DNA of 27,349 nt from a virus. Lineage: Duplodnaviria > Caudoviricetes. The first letter of the stretch is position 1. Each line of letters begins with the position of its first letter. The DNA is taken from positions 1 to 27,349 of the IMG/VR virus record IMGVR_UViG_3300049173_000085, one strand, 5' to 3'. The notes beneath the pieces were generated by a model. The model was not told where the DNA came from and made no database searches. It worked only from the letters and a program-made list of their open reading frames with translations. This document shows positions 8,457 through 15,929 of this stretch, piece by piece. A program made the translations under genes and the position numbers.

Positions 8457-8939
8457 TTACAGCTCGCGCGTCGACAGGACGATGAAATCGGAGCCCGCGA
8501 CGCCGGTGAACACGAACGCATCCTGCAACTTCTCGCCGTTCTTCCCGCCCTGGTCGACGGACCACGTGCCCGAGCTGCCCGCCGGGAACGCGACGGCCGT
8601 CCCGCCGCCGATCGCCACGGTGGGCGATCCGGCGAAGACGAGCAGCGTGACGGAGCGCGCCCCGGCCGCGATGGTCACGTTCCCGGCGCCGGTCTGTCGC
8701 TGCGCCGTAGAGTCGATCTGTGGGTTCGGGGAGGCGCCGCACCGTACAACGGTGCCGGTCGGCGCGTACGCCGTGGTCCCGTCCAGCGTCGTGTCCGACA
8801 CGGCGGGGGCGCCGGTACCGCTGGTGGTGTAGTGCCGCAGGAACGGCGTGCTGCTGCCGTCGGCCTGGACGTCGCACAGGATCTCGTACTCGGCATCGGC
8901 CGCCGCTGCCGCCGAGACGCTGCCGCTGGTACCGGACAT
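8457..8939 (-). CDS. Mini-scaffold: one Cys-bounded repeat plus C-terminal cap domain, 160 aa
   Basis: ATG at 8939 with SD GGAGG; EILCDVQADGSSTPFLRHY...DTTLDGTTAY..TGTV..C repeat and SVT...WSV cap shared with the two large proteins. Confidence 0.75.
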   Translation of the reverse strand: MSGTSGSVSAAAAADAEYEILCDVQADGSSTPFLRHYTTSGTGAPAVSDTTLDGTTAYAPTGTVVRCGASPNPQIDSTAQRQTGAGNVTIAAGARSVTLLVFAGSPTVAIGGGTAVAFPAGSSGTWSVDQGGKNGEKLQDAFVFTGVAGSDFIVLSTREL

Positions 8940-8961
8940 GGGGGACCTCCAAAGGGAAGGG

Positions 8962-9438
8962 TCAGGCGACTCGGTGGAATCGAAGGGTGGTGCGGGCGTT
9001 GACGTCGGAACCCAGACCGGCCAAATCCGTGCTGCCGACGGCGTTGATGTCCTGCCGGACGGCTTGGAGGCGGATCGTCCGCGCGGAGGTGACCGCATAC
9101 TCGACGCTGATCGCAGTGGACCCGTTCCACGCCAGCCCAGTGGCCGCCGTCCCGCCGTACTCGGAGATCTGAACAACGATGGCTTCACTGTTGGGGACGA
9201 CCGTCCCCGACGTGACATCGAACAGGCGGGCACCGACGAAGGCGTTCTCCCCCGCCGTCATACGGCCCACGTTTCCGCGAACGACGGCGTCGAGGTGGTA
9301 CGTCCCGGCCGTCGGAAGCACGAGCGAAAGCGCGGTGTCGACGAACACCCCTGAAGCGGCACTCATGAGGTTCATGGGCGCGGGGAGGACGGCGAACCCG
9401 CTGCTGCGGATCTCCACGCTGGCGGCGGTTCCGGTCAT
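8962..9438 (-). CDS. C1q/TNF-like jelly-roll protein, paralog 5 (no N-terminal Cys module), 158 aa
   Basis: ATGA overlap at 9435-9438; LVLPTAGTYHL..ARLFDVTSGTVVPNS..TIRLQ aligns with the neighbours. Confidence 0.65.
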   Translation of the reverse strand: MTGTAASVEIRSSGFAVLPAPMNLMSAASGVFVDTALSLVLPTAGTYHLDAVVRGNVGRMTAGENAFVGARLFDVTSGTVVPNSEAIVVQISEYGGTAATGLAWNGSTAISVEYAVTSARTIRLQAVRQDINAVGSTDLAGLGSDVNARTTLRFHRVA

Positions 9439-9923
9439 GCCGGGGTGTCTCCCTCCGGGCCGACCCAGTGGGCCGTGATGTACGTGCGGCCGTCCGGATT
9501 GCTGACGACGGCGGCCGTCCCGTCCGTGCCAGGGCGCCAGGCGGCGAGTTGCACTGTGTCCCCGGCGGCGAACGTGTGCATGAACTGGCGTGAGCCGCAC
9601 GCCTGCACGTTGCCGCCCTGGTCGCCCGCCGCTTGGCTGAGGTAGACCACCATCGCCTCGGTGCCGGGGACAAGAGCACCGTTCTTGTACATGCCGCCCG
9701 TGACGCCTGTCCCCGTAGCCGCTGCCGATCCGGGAAGGGCTGCGACGCCACGCATCTGGTAGTTGACCTCCCACACCCCGGCGCGCGGGATGGTCAGCGT
9801 GGGCACCTCAGGGAGAACCTCCCACGTCCGCACTGGCGCAGTGATCGTGTGGAGGAAGTCGAGCGTGCCTGTCTGTGCCCACGCTCCGTCAACTCGGTTG
9901 AGGCTGGCGGCCGTGCCGGTCAT
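9435..9923 (-). CDS. C1q/TNF-like jelly-roll protein, paralog 4, 162 aa
   Basis: LTIPRAGVWEVNY..MYKNGALVPGT..ACGS..FAAGDTVQL closely follows the C1q/BclA-CTD pattern. Confidence 0.65.
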   Translation of the reverse strand: MTGTAASLNRVDGAWAQTGTLDFLHTITAPVRTWEVLPEVPTLTIPRAGVWEVNYQMRGVAALPGSAAATGTGVTGGMYKNGALVPGTEAMVVYLSQAAGDQGGNVQACGSRQFMHTFAAGDTVQLAAWRPGTDGTAAVVSNPDGRTYITAHWVGPEGDTPA

Positions 9924-10612
9924 CAGTCGCTCACCTTCTGCCAGAGGATGCCCTGCTGGTTGGTGGTGCTGCTCAGGTAGTGCTGGAGGTTGGCGTTAGC
10001 CTGCGTCCCCCCGTCGGCAGTGGCCCGCAGTCCCCGGATCTCATACGTCGTGGGAGCTGCGATCGTGACGTACCCCTCACATACCGCGTTGCCTCCGATC
10101 GACTTGAGGCCAGTGTCCGGGTTGACCGTGCCGGGCTCGTCGTGGAGAAGGACCTTCCTCGGACTGCCGGGCACGAACGCATTCGTTGCGGTGTTGACCC
10201 ACAGGGCGTTGATCGACGCGATGTGCCGGCCGTTGAAGTTCCACGTGGCGAGCCCGAACACGTGGGCGGTGAGCCGGTAGACGCCCGGCTCGGGCAACAC
10301 CACCTGACTGTTCGGCAGGGGCACTTGCTGGCCCAGAGCCGACGTCCGCAGGTCCGCGGTGCCAGCGTTGAGAGTCCCGAATACCGGGGTGAGTCGCGCG
10401 CCGACCGTCCAGGTCTCCGGGCATGCCCCGGCGGCCGGGGGCGTCACGTCCACGTCGACGGACCGCTCGGTGCCGACCGCCGTGCCGGGGGCGATGCCCG
10501 TGACCTCCGTACCCGGCACGAGGAGGCCGCGCGCCGTCTGCGTCAGGGCGTTGCACGCCGCCGGGTCCAGCTTCGGGTCGATGCGGTACGTACGCCCGCA
10601 CGCTCCGGCCAT
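9923..10612 (-). CDS. Cys module + C1q/TNF-like protein, paralog 3, 229 aa
   Basis: MAGACG..DPAACNALTQ..GACPETWTVGARLTPV then VLPEPGVY..; ends KVSD; TGATG coupling. Confidence 0.7.
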   Translation of the reverse strand: MAGACGRTYRIDPKLDPAACNALTQTARGLLVPGTEVTGIAPGTAVGTERSVDVDVTPPAAGACPETWTVGARLTPVFGTLNAGTADLRTSALGQQVPLPNSQVVLPEPGVYRLTAHVFGLATWNFNGRHIASINALWVNTATNAFVPGSPRKVLLHDEPGTVNPDTGLKSIGGNAVCEGYVTIAAPTTYEIRGLRATADGGTQANANLQHYLSSTTNQQGILWQKVSD

Positions 10613-11259
10613 CAGTCGCTCACTTTCCGGTAGCGGAAGTTATGGGCCCACACGACCTTCTGAAAGGTGGTTCCAACGTCGGTACGCCAGGACCCGTCAA
10701 CGCGGATCGTTGCCGGGCTGGTCACCTGATACAGCGCTGCCGCCGAGGCGTTGGCCTGGATGCCGGTGGTGCCCGTGGCGGTCTGATCGGTGAACAGGAT
10801 GATTCGCCGTGCAGTCAGCGGGACCTGGGCGCCGGCGGTGACGTCGAAGACTCGGGCGTCGATGATCGCGTTGCCGACACCGGCCGCCCACCCGATGGAC
10901 CCCTGCACGTCCGCGACCACCTCATATACGCCCGCCTCCGGCAGCACCAACTGCGCGCCGGTGACGGGAACCCACGTGTTGGCGGCAGCCGCATCAAGGG
11001 ACACAGCCCCCGAGGTCTGCCCAGAGACGGGCGTGAGCCGAGCACCGACCTGCCACGTCTCGGGGCACGCCCCAGCAGCCGGCGGCGTGACGTCGATGTC
11101 GACCGAGCGCTGCGCCGACACCGCGCCGCCAGGGGCGATGCCCTGGAGGGCCATGTGCGGGACGAGGAGCCCGCCCGCCGTCTGGGTAAGGGCGTTGCAC
11201 GGCGCAGGGTCCACGGGCGCGTCGACGCGGTACGTACGCCCGCAGCAGCTACCGGCCAT
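10612..11259 (-). CDS. Cys module + C1q/TNF-like protein, paralog 2, 215 aa
   Basis: Start ATG at 11259 (MAGSCCGRTYRV), TGATG overlap; ends KVSD. Confidence 0.7.
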   Translation of the reverse strand: MAGSCCGRTYRVDAPVDPAPCNALTQTAGGLLVPHMALQGIAPGGAVSAQRSVDIDVTPPAAGACPETWQVGARLTPVSGQTSGAVSLDAAAANTWVPVTGAQLVLPEAGVYEVVADVQGSIGWAAGVGNAIIDARVFDVTAGAQVPLTARRIILFTDQTATGTTGIQANASAAALYQVTSPATIRVDGSWRTDVGTTFQKVVWAHNFRYRKVSD

Positions 11260-11909
11260 CAGTCGCTCACCTTCACGAACCCGAGGCGTGGCCCTCCGAG
11301 GATCGCCTGTGTGGAGTCGTTGAAGCCGACGTGCTGCCGCAGCCCTTCCACGCGGATCGTCGTCGGCCCGGTGACGGTGAGGAAGGTGCTGACGCTGCCC
11401 GCGTTCTGCAGGGACATCACCGTGCCACCGCCGGGATCGTTGATGTTGCCGAACTGGATCCGCCGGTTGGAGCCGGGCACGAGTGCCCCCGCGGTGACGT
11501 TGAACAGACGAGCGTTGATCGCCACCGCCCACGGCGTGGTCGCGTTGATGTGCGAGTAGAAGTCGGCTGACAGGGCGTACGTCCCAGCCTCGGGCAGCAC
11601 AACTTGGGCACTGGTCGCCACCCATGTCCCGGAGGCCACGGCTTGCAAGTTCGCATCCGCCCCGAACACTTCACCGCTGACGGGGGTGAGGCGCGCCCCG
11701 ACCGTCCAGGTCTCCGGGCAGGCACCGGCGGCCGGTGCCTGGACGTCGACGTCGACCGAGCGGGTCGCCGAGACCGCGCCGCCGGGGGCGATCCCGGCGA
11801 CCTCGGCGTGTGGCACGAGGAGCCCGGCCGCCGCCTGCGTGAGCGCATTGCACGGCGCCGGGTCCAGGCGCGGGAAGACTCGGATTGACCCGCAGCAGCT
11901 CCCCGCCAT
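11259..11909 (-). CDS. Cys module + C1q/TNF-like protein, paralog 1, 216 aa
   Basis: MAGSCCG..; VVLPEAGTY..ARLFNVTAGALVPGS; ends KVSD. Confidence 0.7.
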   Translation of the reverse strand: MAGSCCGSIRVFPRLDPAPCNALTQAAAGLLVPHAEVAGIAPGGAVSATRSVDVDVQAPAAGACPETWTVGARLTPVSGEVFGADANLQAVASGTWVATSAQVVLPEAGTYALSADFYSHINATTPWAVAINARLFNVTAGALVPGSNRRIQFGNINDPGGGTVMSLQNAGSVSTFLTVTGPTTIRVEGLRQHVGFNDSTQAILGGPRLGFVKVSD

Positions 11910-12121
11910 CAGTCACCTTCCGAGGCAGTGGGGAGCGGCGAGGCGAAGACGTCCGGCAGGCTCGCGAGATAGGCGGCCTCGTCGACCTCCTCGTAGCCGA
12001 GATCGAAGTAGGGCGCGGCATCGCGCAAGTTGTAGACGACCTGGACGCCCTCGTCTTCCTTGGTGAAGTACCGGGGATTACGGGGCTCGGGCTCCAGGGC
12101 CTCGGTGGACTCGTTGCTCAT
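11909..12121 (-). CDS. Small acidic protein, putative fibre-assembly chaperone, 70 aa
   Basis: ATG at 12121, SD GAGG; RYF...GYEEVDEAAY motif shared with 5474-5638. Confidence 0.6.
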   Translation of the reverse strand: MSNESTEALEPEPRNPRYFTKEDEGVQVVYNLRDAAPYFDLGYEEVDEAAYLASLPDVFASPLPTASEGD

Positions 12122-12128
12122 GGCTGCC

Positions 12129-15100
12129 TCACTTCCAGGTCCAGTTGAGGAGGTAGCTCGCCCCGGCGGCTGCCCCGGCGAAGGATGCGGCGGCGAGCGC
12201 GGTGTCACTGTCCTGCGCGACGGACCACGTCATCGTGACGCCGGCCGGGATCGGCACCGCCGCGCCGTCCGACATGGTGACGTTGACCGTGCCCGCGAGG
12301 ACGGTCAGGCTGACGCTCTGGACACCGGCGAAGCTGCCCGCGAGGTTCTGTGGTGCGGTGCCGGTCACGGCCCGTACGCCGGTGCTCAGCGGCCCAGGCA
12401 GCGCCTCCGCGGCGGTGCACTCGACCGGCGCGACCGGCGTATACGGCTGGGTGAGGTCGCCGTCGAGGAACGCGCCCAGGAGTTCGGGGTCGGCCCCGCC
12501 GCAGGGGTCGACGGCCCACAGCTCGGTGTACTGGACGTCTCCGAGGCCGTCGCCGTCGGTGTCGTCGCAGCCGCACCGCTCCACCACCTGCTTGGCGCAC
12601 GAGGTGCTGTTTCCTGCCTCTCCGCCGCATGGCGCCAGATGCCAGCCGTCCGGGACGACGTCCTGGCGCTGCCCGTCCTCGTCCAGGTAGTAGACCGAGT
12701 CATCGCAGCAGACCATCCGCGTCCACGAGCGGGTCTCGGGGATGACCTCATAGGTGACCTTCAGGTGGACCATCAGGCCGGCGCCGCCGCCGACGGTCTC
12801 CTCCACGTCGAGGTAGAGGAAGTTCCGGCCCGCCTGCGCGCCCGGGACGGTGGCGGGGCCGAACGTGTACGTCGTCCCGTTGTGCGTGGCCGTCGCCGGC
12901 AGGGCCTGCCAGGCACCGTTGTTCAGCCGGAACGCGCGGCCGATCTGGTCGGCGTTGAACACCGTGGCCTGGACCTGGATGGTGGCCGGGTCGGCGTTGT
13001 CCGGCAGGTCGAAGTAGGCGCGCGGGTACCAGTGCTGAGCGGTGAGGGTCGGGCCCTCGTTGGGCAGCGCGGGGCTGGACTGCTGGATGCCGCCGGTCGG
13101 GTGCGGGCTCACCCACCAGGCCGGGCGCGCGGTGTCGGAGTCGGTGACCGACCAGGCCGCCGAGTACTGGTACTCGTACATGTCGTACCAGGGCGGGTTG
13201 GCCACGCTGAGGTCCGGAGTCCACTTCCATACCGGGTCCACAGAGCTGTTGTTGAGGTGACCCTCATTCGAGATGAACTCGACTTCTTGGGTGGGGTCCT
13301 GCTGGATGCAGACCTGGACCGGCTGGCAGCAGGACTCCGGCTCAGGCGGCTTGGGCGGCTCGCACACCCCGGCTGTCCCGGCCACGGTGTAGAGGGTGGT
13401 GCCGTCGAGGAGGGTGTCCGTGACGGTGGGGGTTCCGTCGCAGGAGCGGCAGATGTGCCGCAGGAACGGGCCTCCGGGCACCACCGACACAGCGCCGGCC
13501 CAGTAGGTGAAGAACACGCCGCACGCCGCCACGCGGCTATTGGGTGCCGGTGCGGTGGTGAACGAGGTGACCGCGCTGGCGGTGCGGAACCGGGCACTAC
13601 TCGCGATCAGCGGGTTCGTCACGTACGAGCACGGGTCGGGCGGCACGCCGTCCGCGGTGCGGGTCAGAACTCCGGTGGTCTCGTTGTAGGAGTAGCCGTC
13701 TGGCAGGTAGACGGCCTCCAGGCCGGCCGGGAGCTGAGCCCAACTGATCGACGGGTTGGCCGTGTAGTAGCGGACGTACACCGAGAACTCGACGATCGAG
13801 GGCCGAGAGAACGTCCACTTCGTTGGCGCGGTGACGGAGTGAGGGAAGCTGTGCAGTCCCCACCAGGAGCCGTCAGCGTTGCTGAGGTTGGCCGCCATCG
13901 CCGTGGTGTTCGTGGCGCCGGTGGACGTCCAGCCGACGCCGTTGGACAGGGTGCCGGATGAGGCGGTCCCGGTGATCGTGACCGGCGCGGCCGTGGGCAT
14001 GTCGCACAGCACCAGCGTCTCGCAGTCGCGGCAGCCCGGGCACACGCCCACGGTGGCCCCGGCCGGGACGGTCACCGGGTTTCCGGTGGCCGGGTCCACC
14101 AGGCGCGAGCCGACCACCGCGCCGGCCGAGTCGTACAGCACCTCTCGCCGTACCTGCTGGAGGACCGCCCCGGTGGCGCTCAGGACGCACAGGGGGATGG
14201 TCTCGACGTCGACCGGCACGTCTGGTGCGCACTGCTGCACGGTGCCGGTCGGCGTGTAGGCGGTGCCGTCGAGGGCGTAGTCGCTGTGGGCGACGATGGC
14301 GCCGGTCTCGTCCCTGCGGTAGTCCCGCACCAGGGGCACGCTGGTGCCGTCCGCCTGGACGTCACACAGGATCAGCGCGTCCTGCTCAGGCTGCTCGACT
14401 CCGGCCGGGCAGGTGGTGACGGTACCGGTCGGGGTGTAGGTGGTGCCGGTGACGGCGTCGACCAGGCGCACGGAGGCGATCGCCCCGGTGTCGTCGTAGT
14501 GGTACTCGACCAGCACCAGCCCGACGACGTCCCCGGCCGTGTCGATGTCGCAGAACGTACCGGCGAGGCTGATGGACCGGGATTCTCCGCACGCCACCGT
14601 CCCGGTCGGGACGGCGCCGGCCGTCCACGCCCCTGTGACGAGGTTCAGCCACCCCTCGGACGTGACCGTGCCGGTGCAGTCCCGGACGATCGTCACGGCG
14701 ATCGGTGTGCCGTCCGCGAGGCACAGGCCGACGCTCGTCGTCGGGGTCGTCGGGGAGGCACAGCCAGGGTCGGCGGGGCACGGCACCAGGACGGGGGCGG
14801 TGACGTCCTGGCCGGTCTCGACGTCCACGTACGTGATGGCCGAGTCGTCGCATCCGGCGCAGCGCACCGCGGCGGCCTGCCGGACGGTGCCGGTGCCGTC
14901 GTCGTAGCAGACGTGGCCGAGGACCAGCGGCGGCGGGTCGTCCGGGCTGCTGGTGCCGCACGCGCCCACGGTGCCGGTCACCGTGTACTCGGTGGTGCCG
15001 TCGAGGTCGGTGTCCGTGATCGTCGGGGTGCCGTCGCAGTCCCGGCAGATGTGCCGCATGAACGGGAGGGCCTGACCCGTGCAGCCGGTGACCGGCACCG

Positions 15101-15929
15101 GGCCCACGGTGACCGCGCCGTCCGTCACGGTCCACGTCTTGGGGTTCGTGTCCGTGCCGTCCGCCCCGGTTTCGAGGTCGAACTCCACCGTCACGGTCCC
15201 GGCGAGGAGGGACGCGACGGGAACGGTGTTCGTGATCGTGGCCGTCCTGGTCGACCCGGCCGGGAAGAACGCCCCCGAGCCCTGCCCGAAGTTGTCGACG
15301 CCCGGCAGCAGGGTCACGCCGTCCCACATGGACAGGCGGCCATACCAGTCCCACGCCCCACCCGTGCCGTCGTTGCGATAGGTGACGGTCGCGGTGAGGT
15401 CGACGGTGCCCGCCGGGTCCAGGTCGCCGCAGGCGGCGTCCCCGAGGCCGAGGATCACGCCGTAGTGGGTGTGCGCGCCGTCGTCGGCGCCGCCCGGTGC
15501 TGCGCCCGGGACGCTGACGGTCTGCCCCGACCAGATCGCCTCTGCGTCCGCGTCGCTGCCGTTCCTCGGCTGGCCGCTGATCTGCTGCCCGGCCGGGACC
15601 TGGAAGCCGGTGGCGGTGACCGGCGCGGTCGAGGTGGGAACAGTCGCGGTGTCGCACAGGATGACCGTCTGGCAGTCGGGGCAGTCGCTCGACGCCCCGC
15701 AGGGCTGGAGCGTGCCCTGCACCGTGTACGGGGCGCCGGTGACTGGATCGACGGTGCGGGTGCCTACGCGGTCGCCGCTGCTCGTGTCGTAGACCGGCTC
15801 GACGAGGACGGTGGCCGCGGCCGTGCCGTCCGGGAGGACGTCGCACAGTAGGACCGCCTCGACGTCGACTCGGGGCGTGGCGGTGGCGCCGCTGACGATG
15901 ACGGGCCCCTGCCCGCAGCATCCACTCAC
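12129..15929 (-). CDS. Large Cys-rich repeat scaffold 2 with three inserted domains, 1266 aa
   Basis: Long ORF with GC-rich third positions, GTGA coupling; about 10 Cys-bounded ~50-aa repeats; DxDxDG loop; no signal peptide. Confidence 0.8.
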   Translation of the reverse strand: MSGCCGQGPVIVSGATATPRVDVEAVLLCDVLPDGTAAATVLVEPVYDTSSGDRVGTRTVDPVTGAPYTVQGTLQPCGASSDCPDCQTVILCDTATVPTSTAPVTATGFQVPAGQQISGQPRNGSDADAEAIWSGQTVSVPGAAPGGADDGAHTHYGVILGLGDAACGDLDPAGTVDLTATVTYRNDGTGGAWDWYGRLSMWDGVTLLPGVDNFGQGSGAFFPAGSTRTATITNTVPVASLLAGTVTVEFDLETGADGTDTNPKTWTVTDGAVTVGPVPVTGCTGQALPFMRHICRDCDGTPTITDTDLDGTTEYTVTGTVGACGTSSPDDPPPLVLGHVCYDDGTGTVRQAAAVRCAGCDDSAITYVDVETGQDVTAPVLVPCPADPGCASPTTPTTSVGLCLADGTPIAVTIVRDCTGTVTSEGWLNLVTGAWTAGAVPTGTVACGESRSISLAGTFCDIDTAGDVVGLVLVEYHYDDTGAIASVRLVDAVTGTTYTPTGTVTTCPAGVEQPEQDALILCDVQADGTSVPLVRDYRRDETGAIVAHSDYALDGTAYTPTGTVQQCAPDVPVDVETIPLCVLSATGAVLQQVRREVLYDSAGAVVGSRLVDPATGNPVTVPAGATVGVCPGCRDCETLVLCDMPTAAPVTITGTASSGTLSNGVGWTSTGATNTTAMAANLSNADGSWWGLHSFPHSVTAPTKWTFSRPSIVEFSVYVRYYTANPSISWAQLPAGLEAVYLPDGYSYNETTGVLTRTADGVPPDPCSYVTNPLIASSARFRTASAVTSFTTAPAPNSRVAACGVFFTYWAGAVSVVPGGPFLRHICRSCDGTPTVTDTLLDGTTLYTVAGTAGVCEPPKPPEPESCCQPVQVCIQQDPTQEVEFISNEGHLNNSSVDPVWKWTPDLSVANPPWYDMYEYQYSAAWSVTDSDTARPAWWVSPHPTGGIQQSSPALPNEGPTLTAQHWYPRAYFDLPDNADPATIQVQATVFNADQIGRAFRLNNGAWQALPATATHNGTTYTFGPATVPGAQAGRNFLYLDVEETVGGGAGLMVHLKVTYEVIPETRSWTRMVCCDDSVYYLDEDGQRQDVVPDGWHLAPCGGEAGNSTSCAKQVVERCGCDDTDGDGLGDVQYTELWAVDPCGGADPELLGAFLDGDLTQPYTPVAPVECTAAEALPGPLSTGVRAVTGTAPQNLAGSFAGVQSVSLTVLAGTVNVTMSDGAAVPIPAGVTMTWSVAQDSDTALAAASFAGAAAGASYLLNWTWK

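Noticed and set aside
8962-11909. Diversity-generating retroelement or shufflon acting on the variable heads
   Set aside because: No reverse transcriptase, no TR/VR pair with adenine-specific differences, no invertase or inverted cassettes; all copies are full co-oriented genes
5474-12121. RiPP precursors or metallothioneins suggested by CC motifs
   Set aside because: The CC motifs are N-termini of larger structural-type proteins; no modification enzymes or transporters nearby
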